Shown here: piece by piece, positions 55,769-64,000 of the stretch
Position numbering within the stretch: position 1 is the stretch's first letter
How the letters are laid out: each line of letters starts with the position of its first letter
Source: Candidatus Lustribacter sp.
GTDB taxonomy: Bacteria > Vulcanimicrobiota > Vulcanimicrobiia > Vulcanimicrobiales > Vulcanimicrobiaceae
NCBI GenBank assembly: GCA_965277805.1
Contig: OZ255842.1
Location: forward strand, 4,608,001 to 4,672,000
DNA: 64,000 nt
Reading direction: 5' to 3'
Translations under genes and position numbers: made by a program
Notes under the pieces: model-generated
Database searches by the model: none
The model's input: the letters and a program-made list of their open reading frames with translations, nothing else
What the model was told of the DNA's origin: nothing

Positions 55769-56758
55769 TTACATTTTGTAGCTGTGGAGGCCGCTGATCC
55801 AGATGTTGACGCCGAGATAGCAGAACATGATCGAGGCGAAGCCGATGATGCTGATCCAGGCGCTGCGCTCGCCGCGCCACGCGTTGCGCGTGTGCAAGTG
55901 CGCGAAGGATGCGTAGATGATCCACGAGAGCAGCGCGGCGGTTTCTTTCGGATCCCACGACCAGTAAGCGCCCCAGGCTTCGTTCGCCCACATGGCGCCC
56001 GTGATGATGCCGACGCTGAGCAGTACGAGGCCGATTGTGATGATGCGATAAGTGAGCATGTCGAGGCGCGCGAGTGACGGCAATCCGGCCAGCCACACCG
56101 CGAACGGATCCCCGGCGGCGGCTGCTGCGGTAACCGCCGGTGTCCCGGTGTGCGCTTCGCTTGCCTGCAGCGTCTCCACCGGCGGTGCGGCGACCGACAT
56201 GCTCACGGTTCCCGCGCCCGCGGCGTTCGCGCGGATCACGCGCGTGCCCGATGAGAAACGGCGTTCGCCGTAGGCTTTGAGCAAGTAGAGGCACGAGACC
56301 ACGAAGGCGACCATGAACGAGGCGTAGGACGTCACGACGATCGGCACGTGGACTTTGATCCAATACGACTGCAGCGCGGGCACCGCGGGCATGTAGCCCT
56401 CGTTCCAGGTGGTCGCGTAGCCGAACGCGATCGCGCTGATGCCGAGCACGCCGCCGCCGATCAGCCACAGGTCGTACTTCTTCGCGAAAATGATGTAGAT
56501 CAGCACGCCGAGGCCGCTGAAGAGCGAGAGCGATCCGTAGAGGTTGGTCAGCGGCCACACGCCGGTCATGTTCCAGCGCGTGCCGAGCTCGGCGAACTGC
56601 GCGAGGCATGCGAGGCATGCCAACACGGCACCGACCCGTTGGAGCAGCGGCGTGCGGAGCAAGAAGTAGGCCATCAAGACGAGCGTTCCGACCACGTAGG
56701 CCGCGAGCGTGAACACGACCAGATCGTGGTCGATGGCAACCTTAAGCGGATCGAGCAT
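55769..56758 (-). CDS. ccsA: System II cytochrome c biogenesis haem lyase (CcsA/ResC)
   Basis: PALQSYWIKVHV, GAMWANEAWGAYWSWDPKET WWD domain, GLHSY. Confidence 0.95.
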   Translation of the reverse strand: MLDPLKVAIDHDLVVFTLAAYVVGTLVLMAYFLLRTPLLQRVGAVLACLACLAQFAELGTRWNMTGVWPLTNLYGSLSLFSGLGVLIYIIFAKKYDLWLIGGGVLGISAIAFGYATTWNEGYMPAVPALQSYWIKVHVPIVVTSYASFMVAFVVSCLYLLKAYGERRFSSGTRVIRANAAGAGTVSMSVAAPPVETLQASEAHTGTPAVTAAAAAGDPFAVWLAGLPSLARLDMLTYRIITIGLVLLSVGIITGAMWANEAWGAYWSWDPKETAALLSWIIYASFAHLHTRNAWRGERSAWISIIGFASIMFCYLGVNIWISGLHSYKM

Positions 56759-56767
56759 GCTGGTGTC

Positions 56768-58153
56768 CTAACTGGCCTGAGGCGTGCGACGCAGGGCTTC
56801 GACGATCTCGCGGAAGCTGTCCTCGAAGATATCGTAGCCTTTTACGGTAGTGGCGGCAATGCCGACGGTCCAGGAGCGGGCCGCACCGGTCACCACCACG
56901 TAAAGCCGGGCGGGCGTGAAATAAAACGAGATGCACAGCCCCAGCACCAAGACGATCGAACCGATGAGTACCAGCGGAATGCCAGGGTCGTAACGGTACT
57001 GGAATCCGGAATACAACGTATATTTCTGGGGCGTCAGCGCGTAGCCGGCACCGAGATCGAACGGTTTTCCAAGCGGAACCAGGACGCTGCCGAGGGCGGT
57101 GTCGCTGTCGAATGCCTCGAGCACGACGCCCGGATTGTTCGGCCGCGGATCGGGCCCGGCCTGACCCGTAGCGGGATCGATCGTGCCGACGAACGAGCGG
57201 TACTGGATCGCGCGCGTCGTGCCGGGAATCTCGAACGCCTCGCCCTCTTTGATCGGGGTGTCGGGAGGTCCGGCCGTGACGCGGCCGTCTTTCGTGAGCA
57301 CGAACGTGATTGCGAAACCGTACGTGGCTTGATAGATCTTGACGCCGTCTTCATCGTAGGGCAGGTTGACGCGGATCACCGCATCGCGCGGGACGCCGTC
57401 TTTGCCGGTGACGATCGCGTGCGAGACGTAGTCGATCGGCTGATAGACGGTGCCGCTCTTCGTCGCGACGGGCTGGATCTGATAGCCGAACTGTTTGAGC
57501 GCGACGGTCGCGCCGGTTTGCGGGATCGTGCCCTTGGTGCCCGAGAGCACGGCGAACGTTCCCATGTAGCCGCTCGCCCAGTAGATCGTCGTGCCCGCGG
57601 CGATGATCACGAAGCCCACGTGCGCGACGAGCACGCCGCGGCGCGCCCAGTTGTGCTTGTCGATGAACGACCACTCTTCGCCGCCGAATTCGCGCTTGCG
57701 AATCTGCCAGCCGCGTTCGCTGAAGAACTTCTGCACGCGCGCGCGCACGTCGCTTTCCTCGCCTTCGACGCTGACGTTCGCGTTCAAAGCGATCTTGTCG
57801 ATCTTCACCGGGCGCAACGCGGGCAAGCGCGCGGGAATGACGCGGCGGAAGGTGGCGACCGTCATCGAGATCAGGATCAAGCCGATGATCCCGATGTAGG
57901 CCGGCGAGTGGTAGATGTTGTCCATGTGCAGGCGCAGGACGACGCGCGCCAGCAGCGGCGAGTAGTTTTGCCAGTAGAAATCGTTGCCTTTGCCCTGGTC
58001 GACCACGACGCCGATCAGCGTCAGCACGCCCCACACGGCGAACAGCGACACCGCGAAGAGTATGTTCGCGAAGAGAATCAGGAACTCGTTGACGAGCTCC
58101 TTGATCCCCGCAACGGCGCGATCGGCTAAGGCGTTAGGGCGGAGCGCTTCCAC
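56768..58153 (-). CDS. resB: System II cytochrome c biogenesis protein (ResB/Ccs1)
   Basis: NIYHSP, LVAHVGF, IRVNLP..DGVKIYQATYG, YSGFQYRYDPGIPLV; start uncertain. Confidence 0.9.
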   Translation of the reverse strand: MEALRPNALADRAVAGIKELVNEFLILFANILFAVSLFAVWGVLTLIGVVVDQGKGNDFYWQNYSPLLARVVLRLHMDNIYHSPAYIGIIGLILISMTVATFRRVIPARLPALRPVKIDKIALNANVSVEGEESDVRARVQKFFSERGWQIRKREFGGEEWSFIDKHNWARRGVLVAHVGFVIIAAGTTIYWASGYMGTFAVLSGTKGTIPQTGATVALKQFGYQIQPVATKSGTVYQPIDYVSHAIVTGKDGVPRDAVIRVNLPYDEDGVKIYQATYGFAITFVLTKDGRVTAGPPDTPIKEGEAFEIPGTTRAIQYRSFVGTIDPATGQAGPDPRPNNPGVVLEAFDSDTALGSVLVPLGKPFDLGAGYALTPQKYTLYSGFQYRYDPGIPLVLIGSIVLVLGLCISFYFTPARLYVVVTGAARSWTVGIAATTVKGYDIFEDSFREIVEALRRTPQAS

Positions 58154-58863
58154 GATTTCTCCAACAGAACGATGATCCAAATCGAGCTCTCGAAGAGTAC
58201 GTACATCGGTCCGGCGAGCAGCATCATCGTGATTGGGCTGCCGTCGGGAGCGAGGACGGCGCCGACGACGAGCATGCCGAAGCCGATGTACTTACGGTAC
58301 GTGCGCAGCATCGTCGAGTTGATAAGACCGATGCGCGCGAGCAAGACCATGATGACCGGCGTTTGGAAGATCAGCGCGAAGGCGAGAAACAGTAAGAGGA
58401 CGAGATTGATCGTCGATTCGATGCCGAACGTGGCCTGCGCGATCGTACCCGTGATGAACAGCAAGCCCCCGATGACGCGCTTGATCACGATGAAGTGCGC
58501 GAACGCGATGCCGGCGGCGGCTAAGAGAATCGACGGCGCGACGTAGATGTAGACGGCTTGGCGCGTTTTCGGATGGATCGCCGGGACGACGAACATCCAC
58601 ACCTGATAGAGGATGACCGGCAAGCCGATCACGATCGCGATGTAAATCGCAAACTTGAAGATCGCCCAGACCGCATCCGCCGGCCCGAACGCGTTGAGCG
58701 TCGTCCCCGGGAAATAGGTGCGCGCGATGATCGGGATCAGTTGCTGCGCGGGCCACAGCGCGAGGATCCCGATGCCGAAGACCGTGCCCACGCAAATGAA
58801 CAGCCGTTGCCGGAGCTCCCGAAGGTGCTCCGTGAACGGCATTTCCTTTTGGTCCCATTCCAC
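58126..58863 (-). CDS. tatC: Tat translocase subunit C
   Basis: MPFTEHLRELRQRL, YQVWMFVVPA, FQTPV, LAPDG. Confidence 0.95.
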   Translation of the reverse strand: MEWDQKEMPFTEHLRELRQRLFICVGTVFGIGILALWPAQQLIPIIARTYFPGTTLNAFGPADAVWAIFKFAIYIAIVIGLPVILYQVWMFVVPAIHPKTRQAVYIYVAPSILLAAAGIAFAHFIVIKRVIGGLLFITGTIAQATFGIESTINLVLLLFLAFALIFQTPVIMVLLARIGLINSTMLRTYRKYIGFGMLVVGAVLAPDGSPITMMLLAGPMYVLFESSIWIIVLLEKSWKRSALTP

Positions 58864-58920
58864 TTCGTCCGGCCCACCGGGGGTGGGCGGAGTGCTCGCC
58901 AGCGTGCTCGCGGGAGACTC

Positions 58921-59190
58921 CTAGCCTGCGTGCGGTGGTTCGGCGGCCGTGGTTCCGGCCGGCGCAGCACCGCTCGGAGCGGTCGTCGTGGCTGCCGCCT
59001 CGACGTTGGCCGTGGCCGCCTTGCGGGCTTCCTCGCGCGCCTTCTCGGCGGCGACGTCGGCCTCGGCCTGTCCGATCATGAACTCTTTTTTCGCCTGTCC
59101 GGCGCTCTTGGCCAATTTCGGCAGCTTGTCGGCTCCGAAGATCAGGATGGCCACGCCGACGACGGCGGCGATCTCCATGGGTGAGAACAT
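58921..59190 (-). CDS. tatA: Tat translocase subunit A
   Basis: ILIFGADKLPKLAKSAGQAKKEF. Confidence 0.93.
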   Translation of the reverse strand: MFSPMEIAAVVGVAILIFGADKLPKLAKSAGQAKKEFMIGQAEADVAAEKAREEARKAATANVEAAATTTAPSGAAPAGTTAAEPPHAG

Positions 59191-59201
59191 ATTGGGTACT
59201 C

Positions 59202-60167
59202 CTAGCCTACCAGTAGCGCGTCCGCCACTGCCACAAATTCTGCGCGCGCCGGCGCGTTTCCGATGGGAGCGAGCGAGGCCTTGGCTCGTTCGAGATACTC
59301 GGCGATGAGCGCCTTCGTCTTCTCGAAGCCCCCTTGCCTCGCTATTCCGGCGATCACGCCGGCAATCCGTGCTGGTGTCGTATCGTCGCCGTCGTAGAAA
59401 CGTTCCACGTCGGCGCGAAATTTCTCGTCCCGGCCCGCGAGCGCCAGGATCATCGGGATCGTGACCTTCTTCTCGGTGAGGTCGTTCCCGACGGGTTTAC
59501 CCAGCGCGCTCTCGGTCGAGGTCATGTCGAGCAGATCGTCTTGCATCTGGAACGCGATGCCATAGGCCTGCCCGAACTCGCGCAGCGCGGCGATCTTCAG
59601 CGGCGTGCCGCCGGCCGCATAAGCACCGCACTCGGCCGAACTCGCGAAGAGGCGCGCGGTCTTCTTGGCCGCGATCTCGACGTACTCTGCGACCGTGAGA
59701 TCGAGGTTGCCGAGCGAACGCAGCTGCAGCACCTCGCCGTCGGTGATGTCGGCGAGCGTGGCGCTGAGGATGTGCGGGATCGGATGCGCGTACGTTGCGG
59801 TAACGTTCTTGAAGATCCACGCGAAGAGATAATCGCCGGCCAGCACGCTGACGCGATTGCCGAAGTCGACGGCCGTTGCGTTGACGCCGCGGCGCGTGTC
59901 GGCGTTGTCGACGACGTCGTCGTGTATGAGCGTGGCGACGTGAATGAGTTCCATGTACGCCGCCAGCGCCAAGAAGTCGCGCACTTCAACCGCGCCGCTC
60001 GCCGATGCGCCGAGCAGCGTGAAGCGCGGGCGCAATCGTTTGCCGCCCGCATCGAGCATGCGGCGAACGGCTTCGGTAATCAGCGCGTTGTCGGTTGAAA
60101 ACGAATTGCTGAAGAAATCTTCGACGAGCCCGTACAGATCGGGTTCGGAGGCGATCGGTTCGAGCAC
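59202..60167 (-). CDS. Long-chain polyprenyl diphosphate synthase (quinone side chain)
   Basis: GGKRLRP, LIHDDVVD..RRG, VLAGDYL, FQMQDD, GKPVGNDL; adjacent to menG. Confidence 0.9.
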   Translation of the reverse strand: MLEPIASEPDLYGLVEDFFSNSFSTDNALITEAVRRMLDAGGKRLRPRFTLLGASASGAVEVRDFLALAAYMELIHVATLIHDDVVDNADTRRGVNATAVDFGNRVSVLAGDYLFAWIFKNVTATYAHPIPHILSATLADITDGEVLQLRSLGNLDLTVAEYVEIAAKKTARLFASSAECGAYAAGGTPLKIAALREFGQAYGIAFQMQDDLLDMTSTESALGKPVGNDLTEKKVTIPMILALAGRDEKFRADVERFYDGDDTTPARIAGVIAGIARQGGFEKTKALIAEYLERAKASLAPIGNAPARAEFVAVADALLVG

Positions 60168-60862
60168 TACGCCACTCCCACGTGCGCCGCGATCGCGCCG
60201 CCGCCGAGCCGCACGTAGCGCACGTCGGAAAATCCGGCGCTGCGAAAGCGCGCGGCGAGCTCGTCGGCGTCGGGATAATTCGTCAGCGAGTTCGGCAGAT
60301 ACGTGTACGCGGTTTTCGAACCGCCGACGAGCCCGCCGACCAGCGGCACGAGCCGGTAGAAGTAGAGGTTGAAGAGCCGCCGGAAGAGCGGGTTGGGTGC
60401 TTTCGACACATCGAGGTTCACGAAGCGCGCGCCCGGTTTAAGCACGCGGCGCGCTTCCTTTAAGGTCGCGACGATGTCGACGACGTTGCGCATTGAGAAG
60501 CCCATCGTCGCGCCGTCGAACGTGGCGTCGGGGAAGGGCAGCGCCATCACGTCGGCTTCGATGAAGTTCGTGCGGCCGGCGCGATCCTCGCGCGGTGCAC
60601 GGGCCCGCGCGCCGTCGAGCATCGGGCCGCAGAAATCGGCGCCGGTCACTTCGAGGCTCGGATCGGTGCGCACCAGGTGAAACGCCAGATCGCCGGTGCC
60701 GCAGCACAGGTCCAGAACGCGGCCGCCGTGGGGCGCCGCGAGCTCCGCCACGGCACGCTTGCGCCAGGCCTCGTCCGCGCCCGCGGTGAGGATTTTGTTG
60801 GTCGCGTCGTAGCGCGGTGCGATTTCCGCAAACATTTCGCGGACGTAAACAGCCTTATCCAT
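60167..60862 (-). CDS. menG: Demethylmenaquinone methyltransferase (UbiE/MenG)
   Basis: VREMFAEIAPRYD, LDLCCGTGD, RNV..RVLKPG, AYTYLPNS; start ATG 60862. Confidence 0.92.
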   Translation of the reverse strand: MDKAVYVREMFAEIAPRYDATNKILTAGADEAWRKRAVAELAAPHGGRVLDLCCGTGDLAFHLVRTDPSLEVTGADFCGPMLDGARARAPREDRAGRTNFIEADVMALPFPDATFDGATMGFSMRNVVDIVATLKEARRVLKPGARFVNLDVSKAPNPLFRRLFNLYFYRLVPLVGGLVGGSKTAYTYLPNSLTNYPDADELAARFRSAGFSDVRYVRLGGGAIAAHVGVA

Positions 60863-60944
60863 TCGTGCCGACCCGTTGGGTTCGCCGCAGCCAAGGTTCT
60901 TCACTTTGGCCTTGCCGCTGCTCGGTTGTGCGTGACTGTCGAGC

Positions 60945-61823
60945 GTGATTGCCCTCGATTCTGCCACCGGCTTCATCAATACGCTCGCAAGCGCGCAGCG
61001 GATTCACTTGACCGCCTACATCCTCCAACGGGGCAAGGTGCTCGACGCGCTGGTCGCGGCGGCCCGCCGTGGGGCCGAGGTCGAAGTCCGGCTGGAGCGC
61101 GATCCCCTCGACGGTCCCGCGGGCGAGCTCCATCGCGTCAACGCCGACGCCTTGACCAAGCTGAAGGCGGCCGGAGCCAGCGCCGAGGCAACCAAGCCGG
61201 GTGAACCGATGCTTCATTTGAAGGCGGCGGTGGTCGACGGCGTCGCCTGGCTCGACGACCGCAACTGGGCCGCCGGCGGAGCCGGGCGCCTCATCCGCGA
61301 CACCGACCCAGCGGACGTGGCCGCTGTGGACTCAGCCGTCAGCGGCGGACCCGGCGCCGACCAGCAGCTGGCCACGACCAAGGCCGGCGCGCAACAGTTG
61401 GAGGCCGATGTGATCGTCCGCGCCGGAGCCGATCCGCTGGACGTGGAGAGCGAGTCGTTCGGCAGCGGGGCGATCTACAATGCGCTGCTCCACCGGGCTG
61501 AGTCGCATTTGCCGACCCGCCTGATCGTCGCGGGCCGCGAGGCGGCGCAGGCGACCGGCGGTCTCGAGCGCGCGCATCTGAAGCATTTGGCCGCCCTCGG
61601 AGTCGAGGTGCGGCTCGGTAATCCCAAGCACGGCGATCTGAACGAAAAGCTCGCCGTCGCCGGCGGTTCGGCCTGGGTCGGCTCGACCAATGCCACCTAC
61701 GCGCGCGGTCCCGCTGGAGAACAGCGCGACTGGGGCCTCAGGACGCAAGAGGCGCCGGTCGTCGACGGGCTACGCGCGGCGTTCGAACGCAATTGGTCGG
61801 CGGCGAGCCCGCTCGCTCCATAA
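60945..61823 (+). CDS. Phospholipase D-like domain protein
   Basis: AARRGAEV, HLKAAVVDG, second degenerate NEKLAVAG..WVGSTN; start uncertain. Confidence 0.7.
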   Translation: MIALDSATGFINTLASAQRIHLTAYILQRGKVLDALVAAARRGAEVEVRLERDPLDGPAGELHRVNADALTKLKAAGASAEATKPGEPMLHLKAAVVDGVAWLDDRNWAAGGAGRLIRDTDPADVAAVDSAVSGGPGADQQLATTKAGAQQLEADVIVRAGADPLDVESESFGSGAIYNALLHRAESHLPTRLIVAGREAAQATGGLERAHLKHLAALGVEVRLGNPKHGDLNEKLAVAGGSAWVGSTNATYARGPAGEQRDWGLRTQEAPVVDGLRAAFERNWSAASPLAP

Positions 61824-61845
61824 GGACCTGGCGGTCCGAGCGAGT

Positions 61846-63480
61846 ATGGGTTCGGCCGTGGCTGTTTCAAACAAGTACGACTACGTCATCGTCGGCGCCG
61901 GTTCGGCCGGGTGCGTGCTCGCGCGCCGGCTGACGGAAGATCCGTCGATTCGCGTGTTGTTGCTCGAAGCGGGCGGCGACGATTCGCATCCCTATTTGCG
62001 CGTACCGATCGGCGTCGCGAAACTGCACCAGCACCGCATGTTCGATTGGGGCTACAATACGGTCGTCGAAGAAGGAATGGCCGGTCGCGAACTGATGACG
62101 CTGCGCGGCAAAGTGCTGGGCGGCTCGTCGTCGATCAACATGATGGCGTTGACGCGCGGCTCGAGCGGCGACTTCGAACGCTGGGAACGCGGCGGTGCGA
62201 CCGGCTGGGGCTGGAACGACGTGCTGCCGTACTTCAAGCGCTTCGAAACGTGGGAAGGCGGCGAGACGCCGTTGCGCGGCGGCAGCGGCCCGCTGACCGT
62301 CGAGTTTGCAAAGACCGACGATCCGATCGAAGAGGCGATGTACGAGGCCGCCGTGTCGCTCGGGTATCCGCGCACGCCGGACTACAATTCTGAAAGCGTC
62401 GGCTTCGGACGCACGCAGTTCAGCATCAGCAAAGGCCGCCGCCATTCGGCGGCGCGTGCGTTCTTGCGCGATATCATGAAGCGTCCAAATCTCACGGTGC
62501 TCACGCACGCGACCGCGCGGCGGGTGTTGCTCGACGGCACGAAAGCCTACGGCGTTGCGTACGGTCACAAGGGCGTCATCACGACCGCCGAAGCGCAGCG
62601 CGAAGTGATCCTGAGCGGCGGCGCGTTCAACACCCCGCAATTGCTGATGCTCTCGGGCATCGGGCCGGCCGATCACTTGCGGGAACACGGCATCGACGTC
62701 GTCGCCGCGTTGCCGGTGGGCGATAACTTACAGGATCACCTGAAGGGCGTGCTGTTGTGGAAGCGCCGGCTGCCTGAAGGGCCGCTGCACCGCTTCCTGC
62801 GCTTCGATCGCGTCGCGCTCGCGTTTGCGCAAGCCTATCTCTTCGGTACGGGACCCGCGTCGAAGATGCCGCTCGGCATTCAAGCCTTCATCAAGACGAG
62901 TCCCGAACTCGACGTGCCGGACATCGAGTTCATGCTGCGCACCGCGCCGGTCACGGCTGCGCCGTATTTCCCCGGCGTGCTTCCCGGCTATGACGATGCG
63001 TTCGGCATCGATCCGGTGATCTTGCATCCGGAGAGTCGCGGAACGGTTCGCCTGCAGTCGGCCGATCCGCTTGCGCCGGTGCGCATTCAGTACAATTACC
63101 TGAGCGCGCCGGCTGATATCGCGAAGTTCCGGCAAGGCTTCCGGCTGGCGCGCGAGATCGGCAACCAGGCCGCGCTCGATGCATACCGCGACGTGGAACT
63201 CGTCCCGGGCCCGGACGTGACCAGCGACGCCGACATCGACGCGCATCTGCGCCGCACCTCAACGACCGTGAGCCATCCCGTGAGCACGTGTCGCATGGGC
63301 ACCGGCGAGAACTGCGTGCTCGATCCCGATCTACGCGTGCGCGGCATCGAGAATTTGCGCGTGGCCGACGCGTCGGCATTCCCCGAACTCGTCTCGGCGC
63401 ACACGAATGCCGCGGTGTTCATGCTCGCCGAGAAAGCGTCCGACATCGTCCGCGGCCGCGAGCTTGCGGTGGCCAAATGA
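61846..63480 (+). CDS. GMC oxidoreductase (choline dehydrogenase-like)
   Basis: DYVIVGAGSAGCVLA, RGKVLGGSSSIN, PQLLMLSGIGP, NLQDH, LRVADAS. Confidence 0.93.
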   Translation: MGSAVAVSNKYDYVIVGAGSAGCVLARRLTEDPSIRVLLLEAGGDDSHPYLRVPIGVAKLHQHRMFDWGYNTVVEEGMAGRELMTLRGKVLGGSSSINMMALTRGSSGDFERWERGGATGWGWNDVLPYFKRFETWEGGETPLRGGSGPLTVEFAKTDDPIEEAMYEAAVSLGYPRTPDYNSESVGFGRTQFSISKGRRHSAARAFLRDIMKRPNLTVLTHATARRVLLDGTKAYGVAYGHKGVITTAEAQREVILSGGAFNTPQLLMLSGIGPADHLREHGIDVVAALPVGDNLQDHLKGVLLWKRRLPEGPLHRFLRFDRVALAFAQAYLFGTGPASKMPLGIQAFIKTSPELDVPDIEFMLRTAPVTAAPYFPGVLPGYDDAFGIDPVILHPESRGTVRLQSADPLAPVRIQYNYLSAPADIAKFRQGFRLAREIGNQAALDAYRDVELVPGPDVTSDADIDAHLRRTSTTVSHPVSTCRMGTGENCVLDPDLRVRGIENLRVADASAFPELVSAHTNAAVFMLAEKASDIVRGRELAVAK

Positions 63481-63851
63481 GCAACGCCGGCGAAGCGGCG
63501 CAATTGCTCAGCGGTTCGGTGCGGCTGAAGCTGTTCGTGATGCTTAGGCGGACGCTGGAGCCGGCGCTGTTGCGCGAGCATCTCGCCTCGCACCTGCGCT
63601 GGATGATCGATGCGGAAAAGCGCGGGGCGATCTTTCTTTCGGGGCCGATCGCGAAGCGCGAAGGTGGCACGCACCTCGATGGTTTGACGATCGTCCACAC
63701 GGCGAGTCTGGCCGAAGCCGAGGCTGTCGCGGCCGAGGACCCGCTGGTGAAGATCGGCGCGGTTGCGTTCGAAATGCGCGAATGGACGGCGAACGAAGGC
63801 GCGATCAACGTGACCGTGACGCTGTCCGACAGCGCGGCTCGATTCCAATAA
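63477..63851 (+). CDS. YciI-like protein
   Basis: HLASHLRW, IFLSGP, AEDPLV. Confidence 0.75.
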   Translation: MSNAGEAAQLLSGSVRLKLFVMLRRTLEPALLREHLASHLRWMIDAEKRGAIFLSGPIAKREGGTHLDGLTIVHTASLAEAEAVAAEDPLVKIGAVAFEMREWTANEGAINVTVTLSDSAARFQ

Positions 63852-63858
63852 TCGGGCC

Positions 63859-64000
63859 TTAGCTCAAGCCGAAAAAGCTCTTCGCAGTCGCCGTCGTCGT
63901 TGCATTGACCTCGGCGAGGTCGACGTTGAGGATCTTCGCCACCATGGCGGCGCTCTCGGTCACGAACGCGGGTTCGTTGCGTTTGCCGCGGTACGGTACG
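63859..64000 (-). CDS. TatD-family hydrolase, C-terminal fragment
   Basis: Manual translation VPYRGKRNEPAFV...TAKSFFGLS*. Confidence 0.85.
   Translation of the reverse strand, partial: VPYRGKRNEPAFVTESAAMVAKILNVDLAEVNATTTATAKSFFGLS

Overview
High-GC bacterial DNA carrying a nearly complete aerobic anoxygenic photosynthesis supercluster. It contains a type II reaction centre operon pufB-A-L-M-C with Chloroflexus/Roseiflexus-like antenna and RC residues and no puhA in the window. Pigment genes are bchFCXYZ, bchLNBGP, bchM-acsF-bchD-like, bchH, crtE, crtB and a damaged cruF. Supporting genes include a near-complete haem pathway with duplicated hemA and hemC, a Rieske/cytochrome b-c fusion, System II cytochrome c biogenesis, Tat and menaquinone genes. 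This content suggests a Ca. Eremiobacterota (WPS-2/Vulcanimicrobiota)-type phototroph, which is an inference I could not test. The most notable signal is an apparent two-tier Crp/Fnr regulatory circuit readable from the DNA. An NtcA-like regulator (recognition helix RVTVTR, extra N-terminal domain) matches GTA-N8-TAC-type boxes upstream of the puf genes. A CRP-like regulator (RETVSR) at the end of the puf operon matches five GGTGA-N6-TCAC boxes in front of the bch/hem transcription units. All these boxes are centred about 41.5-42.5 bp upstream of a start site predicted from a TANNNT -10 element. Start codons were refined by eye, and transcription start sites are predictions.
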